From NCBI GenBank assembly GCA_041307365.1, contig JBFZDM010000058.1:1-44502 (forward strand): a DNA stretch of 44,502 bases, written 5' to 3'. This document shows, piece by piece, positions 1 to 9,500 of this stretch (the stretch's first letter is position 1; each line of letters opens with the position of its first letter). The DNA is from Chromatiaceae bacterium (lineage in GTDB: Bacteria; Pseudomonadota; Gammaproteobacteria; Chromatiales; Chromatiaceae). The translations under genes were made by a program, and so were the position numbers. The notes below the pieces were generated by a model. It saw only the letters and a list, made by a program, of their open reading frames with translations. It was not told the DNA's origin and searched no databases.

Positions 1-12
1 CCCCCGCTCGCT
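1..12. repeat. Terminal 12-nt direct repeat CCCCCGCTCGCT (second copy at 44489-44500). It may be a cohesive end / cos junction or an assembly overlap.
   Basis: The same 12-mer occurs at both window ends, and a gpA-type (cos-family) large terminase is encoded nearby. The last 2 nt of the window (AG) do not fit a simple overlap. Confidence 0.45.
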
Positions 13-23
13 CGCGCTATTTT

Positions 24-129
24 CGTATGAAAATCATACGGATTTGGGTTTTCTAAGTGGTGTTTTTGACCAACTCGTATGATAACCATACACCTGTGCG
101 TATGTATGACTTTCATACGGATCATACGG
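24..129. promoter_or_regulatory. Left-end cluster of CGTATG(A)/(T)CATACG palindromic sites that look like protein-binding sites
   Basis: Sites are CGTATGAaaaTCATACG at 24-40, CGTATGataacCATACa at 76-92, CGTATG-n9-CATACG at 99-119 and an extra TCATACGG at 122-129. The 17-mer at 58-74 is the exact inverted copy of 44396-44412. Confidence 0.6.
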
Positions 130-165
130 CACTGACACTTTTTGTCACTTCGAGGGTCTAAGGGC

Positions 166-801
166 ATGAGCACCAAACGTAAACCCACCTTGCCAGATGT
201 CCAGTTTGTTGTCATGAAGCTCGCCGACCTTCGCCCGGCCGCCTACAATCCCCGCACCATCTCAGACGACGCCATGGCTGGCCTGGAAGCCTCGATCACT
301 CGCTTCGGCCTGGTCCAGTGCCCGGTGTTCAACCGGCGGTCTGGTACGCTGGTCGGCGGCCACCAGCGGGTCAAGGTGCTCGAGAAGGCCGGCATGACCG
401 AGACCATGACCGCCGTGGTCGATGTGGACGAGACCAGCGAGAAGGCGCTCAACCTGACGCTCAACAACCCGGCCATTGCGGGGGAGTTCAACGAGCGGCT
501 AGCCGACTTGCTCGGGATCATCCAGGCCGAGGACGAGAAGCTGTTCGGGGAGTTGCGCCTTGACGTGCTGCTGCCGGCGGAGCCCGACAAGCCAGAGGAC
601 GAATGGCAGGGTATGCCGGAGTTTGAGCAGGAGGATCAGGGCCCGTGGAAGACGGTCCATGTCCACTTCCGGGGCAAGGAAGACCTCGACGCCTTCGCTG
701 CGTTGGTCGGCCAGGCCATGACGGAGAAGACCAAGTTTGTCTGGTATCCGAAGGCCGAGATCGGTGTCTATCGCGACAAGGGCTACGTCGATGAACCCTA
801 G
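166..801 (+). CDS. ParB-like nuclease (ParB N-terminal) domain protein
   Basis: Contains the motif LRPAAYNPRTI...LVGGHQRVKVL typical of the ParBc domain. ATG at 166; the ORF is also open from TTG at 142. The stop overlaps the next gene's start. Confidence 0.75.
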   Translation: MSTKRKPTLPDVQFVVMKLADLRPAAYNPRTISDDAMAGLEASITRFGLVQCPVFNRRSGTLVGGHQRVKVLEKAGMTETMTAVVDVDETSEKALNLTLNNPAIAGEFNERLADLLGIIQAEDEKLFGELRLDVLLPAEPDKPEDEWQGMPEFEQEDQGPWKTVHVHFRGKEDLDAFAALVGQAMTEKTKFVWYPKAEIGVYRDKGYVDEP

Positions 802-1633
802 GCATCCGGTGTACATCATCAGCAAGGGCCGATGGGAATCAAGATATACATCAAATGAGCTTGAGCGGATCGGGGTGCCGTACCATATCGTGATCGAGCC
901 GCAAGAGTACGATCAATATGCAGCGGTCATCGCCCCAGAGAAGATACTTGTGCTCCCGTTCTCGAACCTAGGCCAGGGCTCAATACCGGTGCGCAATTGG
1001 GTCTGGGAGCATTCAATCGGGCTCGGTGCAGAACGACATTGGATAATGGATGACAACATATTGAAATTCTATCGATCCAATAGAAATTCAAAGATACCGG
1101 TGCAATCTGGAACGATTTTCCATTGCGCAGAGCAGTTCATTGATCGGTATGAGAACATAGCGATGGCTGGCTTCCAATATGAATCGCTATCGCCAAGAAG
1201 AGATATCAAAAAACCATTGGCTTTTAACACGCGCATCTATTCTTGCATCCTGTTGTTGAACTCGCTGAAGCACCGCTGGCGGGGCCGGTACAACGAGGAT
1301 ACAGACTTGAGCTTGCGACTGCTCAAGGATGGTTGGTGTACTGTGCTGTTCTATGCTTTCCTCGCGAACAAAGTGGCAACAATGCGAGTCAAGGGCGGCA
1401 ACACCGACCAGCTCTATAAGCAGGACGCAACCTTCGATGGCCGGCTGGAAATGGCCCGGTCGCTTGCCCGGCAGCACCCGGACGTGACGAAGATCAAGTG
1501 GAAGTGGGGCCGGTGGCAGCATGTCGTGGACTATTCTCGGTTCAAGCGAAACAAGCTCAAGCGGCGTCCTGGGGTCGAGATCCCTGATGGCGTGGACAAC
1601 TTTGGGATGACGCTGAAGGTGTTCGAGCAATGA
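791..1633 (+). CDS. GT-A-fold glycosyltransferase-like protein (possibly TAGT/GREB1-like)
   Basis: Has an N-terminal VYIISKGR strand, a DxD-like IMDDNI and a second acidic motif NEDTDLSLRL. GC is clearly lower (mid-40s % by eye over 820-1260) than in the flanking genes. ATGA overlap with terS. Confidence 0.5.
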   Translation: MNPRHPVYIISKGRWESRYTSNELERIGVPYHIVIEPQEYDQYAAVIAPEKILVLPFSNLGQGSIPVRNWVWEHSIGLGAERHWIMDDNILKFYRSNRNSKIPVQSGTIFHCAEQFIDRYENIAMAGFQYESLSPRRDIKKPLAFNTRIYSCILLLNSLKHRWRGRYNEDTDLSLRLLKDGWCTVLFYAFLANKVATMRVKGGNTDQLYKQDATFDGRLEMARSLARQHPDVTKIKWKWGRWQHVVDYSRFKRNKLKRRPGVEIPDGVDNFGMTLKVFEQ

Positions 1634-2298
1634 CCAAACCATCGGATTCCGAGCGCAAACAGCAACAGCTACTCTCCACGCTCCTTGTCTTGGCCAAGGC
1701 CGGCGACCCGCGTGCCGACTGGCTGATCAACGCCCTCACCGAAGCCGGCTACCGCCAGGCCGGGCTCTATACCCAGCACGAGATCATGCGCGGCTTGGGT
1801 GTGACCCAACGCACGATCACGAACTGGTGCCGCGACGGCCTGCCCAGGGCGCGCGAGAGTAAGGGCCGGATCCCGGCGCTGTTCGACGTGTTCGCCGTCT
1901 GCCAGTGGCGGATCGAGCACATCGAAAGCAAGGTCCGCGCCAAGCTGGAAGACGACCCGCTGTTGGGCGGCGAGACCAGCCCGGCGCTCGAGAAGTACAG
2001 GCGGGAGAAGTGGCGGCAGGCCAAGCGCGAGAACGACGTGGCCGAGGGCCTGCTGATCTCGGTGGCCTACGTCTTGGAGTACATGCGCGTGATCGCAGGC
2101 GCGTTCCGGCAGCGGGCTGACATGGCCCAGAGAACATTCGGCCGGGAGGCCGGCCAGTTTATCGCGGAGACCATCAATGAAGCCGCAGCGGCGCTTGAGC
2201 GGCTCGCCGCGCGGCAAGAGAACGGCGAGCAGCCACCGAAGAAACGCGGACGCGGCAGACCGCGTAAGAGCCCTATCGACCGTCCGCCTGGGGGTTGA
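1630..2298 (+). CDS. terS: Terminase small subunit (HTH N-terminus, Nu1-like arrangement)
   Basis: Lies immediately upstream of and overlapping terL. Has HTH-like HEIMRGLGVTQRTITNWCRDG, a coiled-coil middle region and a basic tail. Confidence 0.6.
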   Translation: MTKPSDSERKQQQLLSTLLVLAKAGDPRADWLINALTEAGYRQAGLYTQHEIMRGLGVTQRTITNWCRDGLPRARESKGRIPALFDVFAVCQWRIEHIESKVRAKLEDDPLLGGETSPALEKYRREKWRQAKRENDVAEGLLISVAYVLEYMRVIAGAFRQRADMAQRTFGREAGQFIAETINEAAAALERLAARQENGEQPPKKRGRGRPRKSPIDRPPGG

Positions 2299-4231
2299 GC
2301 GGTTCAGGGTCCGCGTCCACCGGTCCTATCTGCAGTTCGCGGAGGAAGAGTTCGTGTTGCCGACCGGGCCGAGGGCTGGGTTCCGCTTCGCGGCTTCCTT
2401 CATGCCGTGGACAGGCTTGGTGTTGCGGGCGTTCGATGACGAGCGGTATCGACGGTTTTGGGGCAGCGGGCCAGCACAGAGCAGCAAGACGGTTCTATTT
2501 TTCTTGATCCCGATCCTCTACCATCTGTTCGAGGTGGCCGAGACTGTGATCGTCGGGACACCGCGCATGGAAGACGCCTATGCCATTTTCACTGACCGTC
2601 TGCTACCTGCCATCCGGGCCAACCCGGCATGGGCCGCTCTGCTACCGTCAGAGGGCGCTGGCAGCCGTGGCGGACGGTTCCATGCGATTCGGTTTCGCAA
2701 CGGGGCCATCCTCCGGTTCATGTCCGGGGCAGGCCGGGACGAAGAGCGCAGCTCGCACACGGCCCGCGTGGTTGTCTTGACGGAGGTGGACAAGTTTGAC
2801 GAGGCCGGCACGACCTCGCGCGAGGCAGACCCGATCAGCCAGATCGAGGCGCGTACCCGGGCGTTCGGCGGGCGGGCTCGGGTGTTCGCGGAATGTACCA
2901 TGTCCACGAAGGAAGGCCGCGTCTGGCGGGAGATCTCGGACCACGGTACCGACTCGCAACTGTGGCTTGCATGCCCGCACTGCGGGCGGTGGGCGGCGCC
3001 CGAGCGCGAGCAGTTCACCGGGTGGCAGGGTTGCGAGGATGTGAACGCCGCGCGCGACCACGGCGCCTATACCTGCGGCGAGTGTGGGGCGGCGTGGTCG
3101 GAGGCAGATCGACGCGCTGCGCTCGAGCGTCCGGTCATGGTCGCGGCAGGGCAGACGGTGACGGCGGGGCTGGTGACCGGAGAGCCGCGGCGCACCAACA
3201 CATTCGGGGTGCGGTGGAACTCGCTGCACTCGGCCATGACGGATCAGGCCGACATCGCCGAGGACGAATGGCGCGCCCAACAGCTCGACGATGAGGCCAG
3301 CAAGAAGCGCCTCGCCCAGTTCGTCTGGGGCTTGCCCTACGAGGCGGAGAAGGAACAGACGCTTGACATTACCGAGCAGACCATGTACCGGCGCATCACT
3401 GATCGCGCCCGCGGGATTGTCCCGGCCAATACCGAGAAGGTGACCGTCTTCGTGGACTTGGGCTTGTACCGCTGTTGGTGGTCTGCGTGGGCCTGGTCTG
3501 AAGGCATGCGGGGCCATTGCCTGGACTATGGATGCCTGTTGGTCGAGCATGGTGCCCGGTCGGAGGACGCCGCGATCCTAGCGGCCCTGCGCGAGTTCAG
3601 GGACGATATCCTGACCCCGGGCTGGGCCAACTCTGAGGGCGTGCGGCGCGGGGCGGATATGGTGCTCGTCGACCGCAACTGGAAGCCCGAGGTAGTGTCG
3701 GTGTTCTGCCGGGAAAGCGGCCCGGGCTACATGGGCGCGCATGGCCGCGGGGCGGTGCGCGGCCTCAAGTCGTGGACGGAGCCGAACCCGACCAAGGCCA
3801 AGCTGATCGGTGAGGGCTGGTATGTGACGCCGAGCTCGCGGGGCGGGTGCGTGGTCCTCATGGATGGCGATCGGTGGAAGGGCCGCGTACATGCTGGCTT
3901 CGTGGCGGCCGAGGGTGCGCCTGGATCGCTGACGCTCTACAAGGGCCAGCCGCGGGAACACAGCACGTTTTGCCGGCACATCCTCGCCGAGCACCAGATA
4001 GAGGAGTGGGAACCAGGGAAGGGGCCGATCGTGCGCTGGCACCAGAGCAGCCGCTCGAATCACTACCTCGATACCGCGTACGGGGCAATGGTCGCGGCGT
4101 CGATCTGCGGCATGCGGCTTGTGGTGCCGGCCAAGGTTCCGCGGCGACCGAAGCTCGGGGGCGGGTATCAACACCAGAATGGACCATACCAGAGATCCGC
4201 CGCGGGCGGCGGGTGGAGGATAGGACGGTGA
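2177..4231 (+). CDS. terL: Terminase large subunit, lambda gpA family
   Basis: Walker A-like GSGPAQSSKT; the gpA-like N-terminal segment FAEEEFVLPTGPRAG; a Zn ribbon CPHCGRW...CGECG. Start is uncertain: ATG 2177 has GGAG 7 nt upstream but overlaps terS by 122 nt, and GTG 2354 is the alternative. Confidence 0.9.
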   Translation: MKPQRRLSGSPRGKRTASSHRRNADAADRVRALSTVRLGVERFRVRVHRSYLQFAEEEFVLPTGPRAGFRFAASFMPWTGLVLRAFDDERYRRFWGSGPAQSSKTVLFFLIPILYHLFEVAETVIVGTPRMEDAYAIFTDRLLPAIRANPAWAALLPSEGAGSRGGRFHAIRFRNGAILRFMSGAGRDEERSSHTARVVVLTEVDKFDEAGTTSREADPISQIEARTRAFGGRARVFAECTMSTKEGRVWREISDHGTDSQLWLACPHCGRWAAPEREQFTGWQGCEDVNAARDHGAYTCGECGAAWSEADRRAALERPVMVAAGQTVTAGLVTGEPRRTNTFGVRWNSLHSAMTDQADIAEDEWRAQQLDDEASKKRLAQFVWGLPYEAEKEQTLDITEQTMYRRITDRARGIVPANTEKVTVFVDLGLYRCWWSAWAWSEGMRGHCLDYGCLLVEHGARSEDAAILAALREFRDDILTPGWANSEGVRRGADMVLVDRNWKPEVVSVFCRESGPGYMGAHGRGAVRGLKSWTEPNPTKAKLIGEGWYVTPSSRGGCVVLMDGDRWKGRVHAGFVAAEGAPGSLTLYKGQPREHSTFCRHILAEHQIEEWEPGKGPIVRWHQSSRSNHYLDTAYGAMVAASICGMRLVVPAKVPRRPKLGGGYQHQNGPYQRSAAGGGWRIGR

Positions 4232-4245
4232 GCGAAGATAAAACA

Positions 4246-4437
4246 ATGGACATCGGAGAGATCGATCGGCTCGCAGAAGAGATGGCAATGGATCATGGTG
4301 TCGTGTCGATCCGCAACGTCATGTCTCGGTGCGGCTGTTCGGAGCTTGATGCCCAACGTATTCTGACTCAGATGTTTGCTCTGCTGCGGCTGACGGTTGT
4401 CATGTTGCGGCAACGATCCGTAGAGGTGATGGCATGA
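4246..4437 (+). CDS. Hypothetical small protein
   Basis: 63-aa ORF between terL and the next gene, with an ATGA overlap downstream. GTG 4228 is an alternative start. Confidence 0.45.
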   Translation: MDIGEIDRLAEEMAMDHGVVSIRNVMSRCGCSELDAQRILTQMFALLRLTVVMLRQRSVEVMA

Positions 4438-4739
4438 GCGGCAAACGAAGACGGCACCAGCGAGCTCCAGACCCGATCCCCGATCTCGAGACACAGGAGC
4501 CCGAGGTCAGGTGGCAGGAGATCGGCGTCACCGTCCGGGTCGGGGACATGTGGCCCAAGGACGTGCCGTTGCCAGACGTCTACCTACGCCAGCGGCCGAT
4601 GCCCTGCCCTGAGTGCATGGCCGTCTTCGCCCCGGGGGATGGGCGCGCGGCGGTGCTGGTGTCGAGCCGCACCTCGATTGTCTATATGCGGTGCAAAGTA
4701 TGCGGGCACAGGTGGAAGCTGCCGGTGAGGGAGATTTGA
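4434..4739 (+). CDS. Zinc-ribbon protein, Ogr/Delta-like arrangement
   Basis: CPEC-x27-CKVCGHRW with the pattern VYMRCKVCGHRW, which resembles Ogr/Delta late activators. Confidence 0.45.
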   Translation: MSGKRRRHQRAPDPIPDLETQEPEVRWQEIGVTVRVGDMWPKDVPLPDVYLRQRPMPCPECMAVFAPGDGRAAVLVSSRTSIVYMRCKVCGHRWKLPVREI

Positions 4740-4827
4740 CCCGGATCCAGATCTGTAATCCGCCGACACCTATCACTTGCCTGATGCCGTACGCTGTGGG
4801 TTGAGCCCCTAGCAGACGGCCCCATCC

Positions 4828-5103
4828 TTGACTACCTCGGTAACCGAAGCCAATTTCCGCACGGCGTGCGGCGAAGTCTACGACGCGATCGCGTCGGAGT
4901 CCTGGGCCAGCGCCCACAAGTGGGCAGCCAAGGCCGAGGCCATGAACGCCGGCCTCGATCTCCAGCTCGCCGACGAACGCGCATCCAAGGCCCGGCGCGA
5001 GACGTTGCGCGGTCTGCGCGACGCCATCGACGCGGCAGAGAAGGCGGTGAGCAAGTACAGCAACACCGCCGGCCGATTCGTCACTACGCGGGTGCAATTT
5101 TGA
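4828..5103 (+). CDS. Hypothetical protein (occupies the head-completion, gpW-like position)
   Basis: 91-aa ORF with a TTG start and weak RBS. Sits between terL and the portal gene as lambda W does. Its stop overlaps the portal start. Confidence 0.4.
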   Translation: MTTSVTEANFRTACGEVYDAIASESWASAHKWAAKAEAMNAGLDLQLADERASKARRETLRGLRDAIDAAEKAVSKYSNTAGRFVTTRVQF

Positions 5104-6851
5104 GCTGGCCCACCAAGCTCGCCGACGGCGTGGTCGGCCTGTTTTCGCCGCGCCGTGCGGCGCTCCGCAAGGTCTGGCGTGATCCAGAGACTCAACGTAT
5201 TTACTCGGCCATGCTCCGCGCCCGTAGCTACCGCGCGGCGTCCAGCAGCCCGCAGAAGTGGCTCCAGAACGAGAGCGCCCCGGACTCTGACGCCAGCGAC
5301 TTGGCCGCCATGCGCAAGCGTTCCGCCGAGCTTGAGCGGGATGACTCGATCGCGTGCGGCCTGGTCAAGACGTTCACCGACAACGTCATCGGCAGCCGCG
5401 GCCTTGAGCCGCAGGTGCGGACGCAGGACCGCACCTTGAACGACGCGATTGAATCGGTCTGGCATGAGCGCGCCGGCCAGCTCCACCCGGTCGATCAGCT
5501 GACCTATGGCCAGGCCCAGCGCCTCAAGTTCCGACGCGCCCTGGTTGACGGCGACGTGCTAGTGGTAGCCAGCTCAGACCCGGGCGAGCCGATCTCCTTC
5601 GAGATCGTGGAAGCCCCGCGGATCCAGACGCCGGCCGGCAAGATCAACGACCCGAGTATTGTATCCGGTGTCGAGCGTGACGCCCGGAAGCGGCCTATCG
5701 CCTACCACGTCGGCGACTACGGCGGCGAGTATGGCGGCGGCGGCAAGCCAGTCCGCGTGGAAGCCGAGCGCGCCCACATGCTACGGCATGTCCTGCGTTC
5801 TGGCCAGAGTCGCGGCGTTAGCTACTTCCACGCCGTGCTACAGGACATCCGCGACCTTGACCTTCTGTTGGTCGCGTCGCTCAAGCGTACTCAGATTGCG
5901 GCATGTCTGGCCCTGTTCATCGAGTCGGAGCTGCCGATCACTGATCTCACCGAGGCCACCGAACAGACCTACGGGTACAAGCTCGACCAGGCCATCGAGC
6001 CCGGCATGATTTTCAAGCTCTTCCCCGGCGAGAAGGTTTCCTCGCTGCTCCCCAATTTCCCGGTGCCGGAGCTTGTCCCGTTCACCGTGGCCATTGCACG
6101 GCGGATCGGGGTGGCGCTTGGCGTGTCGTGGCAAACGTTGCTCAGGGACTTTAGCCAGTCCAACTATAGCTCCGCGCGCACAACCTTGCTCGACGATCGG
6201 CGCACCTTCCAGGCCCTACAGGAATGGTTTATCCCGCTGCTCGATTGGGAATGGGCGCAGGTCATGGCAGATGCCCGGCTGCGGGGTGATCCGCGGCTGG
6301 CCAATGTCGATGACGCTGCGATCCGGTCTGTGCGCTGGGTAGCGCAGGGGTGGCAGTGGGTCGATCCGCAGAAGGAAGCGCTAGCGATCCAGCTCGAGCT
6401 CCAGCTGGGCACCACGACCTTGCGCGATGTGTGTCAATCCATGGGCAAGGATTGGGAGCAGATCACAAGCCAGCGAGTGGAAGAGGCCGCGTTGCTGAAG
6501 CAGATGCGCCTTGAAGCCGGGCTCAAGCCGTCAGATATGCTGGGCTTTGCCGGTCAACGATTGACCGCGCGGGCGACCGTGGGCGAAGAGGTGCCGGAGC
6601 TGGAAATGGAAGAGGGCTGGGAACAAGTGCAGGACCGGCGCCAGACACGCGAGCAGCGATTCCGGCAGCAGCGCGACAAGCTCGGCCTGCCGCCCAGGTA
6701 CACGCTGGACGAATGGCGGTACGCGGTGACGACCCGTGGCCAGATCGAGGCTGAGGAAGAACTTAGCCCTGAGGAACCAGCAGACCCGGACGAGGCGGCC
6801 GATTTCGCCACGTCGGAGACAGACGACGAGGAACCCGCCAATGAAGACTGA
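5100..6851 (+). CDS. Portal protein, lambda gpB family
   Basis: GVSWQTLLRDFSQSNYSSARTTLLDDRR matches the lambda portal segment GVSYEQLSRNYAQMSYSTARAS. Also contains RKRSAELERDDSIACG. TTG start at 5100; acidic C-terminus. Confidence 0.9.
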   Translation: MSWPTKLADGVVGLFSPRRAALRKVWRDPETQRIYSAMLRARSYRAASSSPQKWLQNESAPDSDASDLAAMRKRSAELERDDSIACGLVKTFTDNVIGSRGLEPQVRTQDRTLNDAIESVWHERAGQLHPVDQLTYGQAQRLKFRRALVDGDVLVVASSDPGEPISFEIVEAPRIQTPAGKINDPSIVSGVERDARKRPIAYHVGDYGGEYGGGGKPVRVEAERAHMLRHVLRSGQSRGVSYFHAVLQDIRDLDLLLVASLKRTQIAACLALFIESELPITDLTEATEQTYGYKLDQAIEPGMIFKLFPGEKVSSLLPNFPVPELVPFTVAIARRIGVALGVSWQTLLRDFSQSNYSSARTTLLDDRRTFQALQEWFIPLLDWEWAQVMADARLRGDPRLANVDDAAIRSVRWVAQGWQWVDPQKEALAIQLELQLGTTTLRDVCQSMGKDWEQITSQRVEEAALLKQMRLEAGLKPSDMLGFAGQRLTARATVGEEVPELEMEEGWEQVQDRRQTREQRFRQQRDKLGLPPRYTLDEWRYAVTTRGQIEAEEELSPEEPADPDEAADFATSETDDEEPANED

Positions 6852-7713
6852 GCTTTGTTATCGATCGTTCGCGGACGCCGAGATCGAGCCACACGAGAGG
6901 GCCATAGACGAAGAGAAGAGGACGGCTCGATTCGTGGCGGCCACAGAGCGCGGCGTTCCGACCGGCGAGCTCGGCGTTGAGGTGTTGCGGATCTCCGGGG
7001 CCAAGCTCGGGCGCTACGAGAAGAACCCTGTCGTGCTCGACAGCCATGGCCGCGACGGCGTGGAGTCTGTGATCGGGCGCGCGACCCTGACACCAGCGGG
7101 CAAGAAGCTGCTGGCCAATGTCGAGTTCGCCTCGACGCCCCGGGCCGAGGCCGCTTGGCAGCTTGTCCGCGGCGGCTTCGTGCGCGGCCTGTCCGTCGGG
7201 TGGCGCCCGACCAACCAGAAGAAACTGATCCGCCTCGCCGCTGGCGAGACGGACGGCGAAGGGCCGGACCTGGTGAAGGGGCCGGCGGTGGTCGTCCGGG
7301 AATGGGAGCTGGTCGAGATCAGCGTTGTCCCGGTCCCGGCCGACGAAGACGCGCTTCGGCGCTCGTTCTATGGAGGACTGTTTGTGGACGAAACCAAGCA
7401 AGAGGAGGCCACGGTGGTAGAGACCACGACCACGCAGACCTCCGTCGAGAACGCCGAGGAAGTGCGCGTCAGAGCCGAGCAGGCCCGCCGCGACATGATC
7501 CTGGCGATTGCTCCCCAATCGTTGCGCGTCCTGGCCGAGTGCCTGGTCCTGCGCGGCGCGACTGTGGACGAGGCACGGGCCGAGCTGTTGAAGGCGCATG
7601 AAGCCAAGCTGGCGCCCGTCGGAACCCCCGAACCCAAGGTCATGGCCGACACCGGCGAGCGCCTCCGCGCGATCTCGGATGCCGAGTTCTTGACCGTTCT
7701 GTGTGGAGGCTGA
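6841..7713 (+). CDS. HK97-family prohead protease with a scaffold-like C-terminal extension
   Basis: Motifs DSHGRDGVESVIGRA, VRGLSVGW and ELVEISVVPVPAD. The helical Ala/Glu/Arg-rich tail is consistent with a scaffold. Confidence 0.85.
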   Translation: MKTELCYRSFADAEIEPHERAIDEEKRTARFVAATERGVPTGELGVEVLRISGAKLGRYEKNPVVLDSHGRDGVESVIGRATLTPAGKKLLANVEFASTPRAEAAWQLVRGGFVRGLSVGWRPTNQKKLIRLAAGETDGEGPDLVKGPAVVVREWELVEISVVPVPADEDALRRSFYGGLFVDETKQEEATVVETTTTQTSVENAEEVRVRAEQARRDMILAIAPQSLRVLAECLVLRGATVDEARAELLKAHEAKLAPVGTPEPKVMADTGERLRAISDAEFLTVLCGG

Positions 7714-7716
7714 GAC

Positions 7717-8241
7717 ATGGCCAGTGGAGCCAAGTTCGTACGAAATTTGATTTGCCCGGACAAGGTCACGCCGACCCCGTTTATGGGCAAGTTCGGGGCG
7801 CCGGGTACGGCCATCGCCGTGGGCGACATCCTCGAGATGACCGGCAACACCAATACCGAGTTCGTCCCCCTCGACTCGGATTACGACATGAGCGCGAACG
7901 GCGGCGACGTGGCCATCGCGGCCTGCGATGTCAAGTCTGGCGACCGGGCCGGCTACTACCCGATCTGGTTGATTACCGAAGGCGACGTGTGGGAAGTGGA
8001 CCTGGCCGCGGCCGGGGCCAACGCCTATGCGGCGAGCCTCTACTACAGCGCCAAGAACACGCTGACGACCTCTGGCACCCATATCGTCGGCGTTGTCAGC
8101 GACATTCGCAACGTCCCCGAACAGGGCCATCTGAGCGTGGACGGCAGCCCGGATGCGGGCACGACGTTCCGCACGATCAGTCGTGTCGGTGTGACCTTCC
8201 AGCGTTCCAACATCTACGCCGCGCGTTTCATCACGGCCTGA
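7717..8241 (+). CDS. Putative head decoration / cement protein
   Basis: Lies between the protease and the major capsid gene. GGAGG RBS. The beta-rich composition is loosely DUF2190-like. Confidence 0.45.
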   Translation: MASGAKFVRNLICPDKVTPTPFMGKFGAPGTAIAVGDILEMTGNTNTEFVPLDSDYDMSANGGDVAIAACDVKSGDRAGYYPIWLITEGDVWEVDLAAAGANAYAASLYYSAKNTLTTSGTHIVGVVSDIRNVPEQGHLSVDGSPDAGTTFRTISRVGVTFQRSNIYAARFITA

Positions 8242-8265
8242 TAGGCCAACAGAAAGGAGCATACT

Positions 8266-9489
8266 GTGGACGAGAAGAAAACTACCGCTCCGGTCTGGGC
8301 CTCGGGCGTGCGCGTGCACGGAACCGGCCTCAGTCTGGACAGCCTGCGCAGCCTGATGCGCGAGAACCCGCGCGACGGCTTTGCGAGGGCCAAGGATCTG
8401 ATCGACAAGGGCGAGTTTACCTGGGCGCGCGTGCGCGATCTGCGCGGCCTGTACGACTCGCTCTGGGGAATGCAGATCGAGCACCGTGTGCCGATTGCCG
8501 GGCGCGAGCGCGCGATCACCTCGGCGGCCTTCCCGCTGCTCTGCGGTGAGCTCTCGGTATCTGGGATCAACGCGGCCTACATGGCGATCCCTGACCCGAC
8601 TGCCGGCCTGGTGACCGAGTTCGAGGACAACAAAAAGTACTCGCACATTGCCGAGCTGCGGCCTGACAGCCCGGGCACTGAGGGCGTGGCCGAGGGTGAT
8701 GCCTATCCGCTCGTGTCGGCCAATGAGAGGCGGTACACGATCGGGCACTTCAACGATGGTCTTCGCATGGCCGTCACCACGCAGATGATCGAGGAAAACG
8801 ATATCGCGGGGATCGTGGGCCAGCTCAATTTCATCGGCGAGACGCTCGCCAAGCGCAAGGCCAAGCGCACCATCCGCCGGCTGACGGACCATGACGGCTC
8901 GAAGGCCTCGCCGGCCCCGATCTATGCCCTCACCCTGAATGGCACCGGCACCGCGCTGTACAGCGCGACGGCCAACACGCCCGGCGTCGAGGTGCCGTCG
9001 GGTAACCGCGTGAACAACAATGCGCTGGTTGATGAGACCGACCTGTCGAATGCCCGGATCCGGTTGACCACGTTCATCGATTCGGAAGGTTTCCCGACCG
9101 CGGCCGATGTGTCGAGCATGGTCTTGCTCGTGCCCGAGGCCTTGAGCGCCGTGGCGCAGAAGATCCTGGGTAGCGAGCTGATCCCGGGCGAAGTGAACGC
9201 CATGAACCCCTGGGGCCCGCGTGGCGCCTATCGGCCCACTCTGATTGCGACCCGGTACCTCGACCAGCTCTCGACCTCGGCCTGGTATCTGGGCGACTTC
9301 AGGCGGCAGTTCCGCCGGAAGATCAAGCGCCGGCTCGTGAACTACACGCTGGGCGCCGAGGGTCAAGCGTACCTGGAGCGCGACATCGCCTTCCAGGCCC
9401 GCGCGTCCGAAGACTGCGAAGTCGGCGCCATCAGCTTCAACCAGGTGGTCCAGTGCCTGTCCGGCACCACGGCCCCCGCTGACGAGTAG
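8266..9489 (+). CDS. Major capsid protein (presumed HK97 fold)
   Basis: 407 aa at the canonical position after protease and decoration genes. GTG start with an AAAGGAG RBS 6 nt upstream. Confidence 0.65.
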   Translation: MDEKKTTAPVWASGVRVHGTGLSLDSLRSLMRENPRDGFARAKDLIDKGEFTWARVRDLRGLYDSLWGMQIEHRVPIAGRERAITSAAFPLLCGELSVSGINAAYMAIPDPTAGLVTEFEDNKKYSHIAELRPDSPGTEGVAEGDAYPLVSANERRYTIGHFNDGLRMAVTTQMIEENDIAGIVGQLNFIGETLAKRKAKRTIRRLTDHDGSKASPAPIYALTLNGTGTALYSATANTPGVEVPSGNRVNNNALVDETDLSNARIRLTTFIDSEGFPTAADVSSMVLLVPEALSAVAQKILGSELIPGEVNAMNPWGPRGAYRPTLIATRYLDQLSTSAWYLGDFRRQFRRKIKRRLVNYTLGAEGQAYLERDIAFQARASEDCEVGAISFNQVVQCLSGTTAPADE

Positions 9490-9500
9490 GAGGCCGGCCA

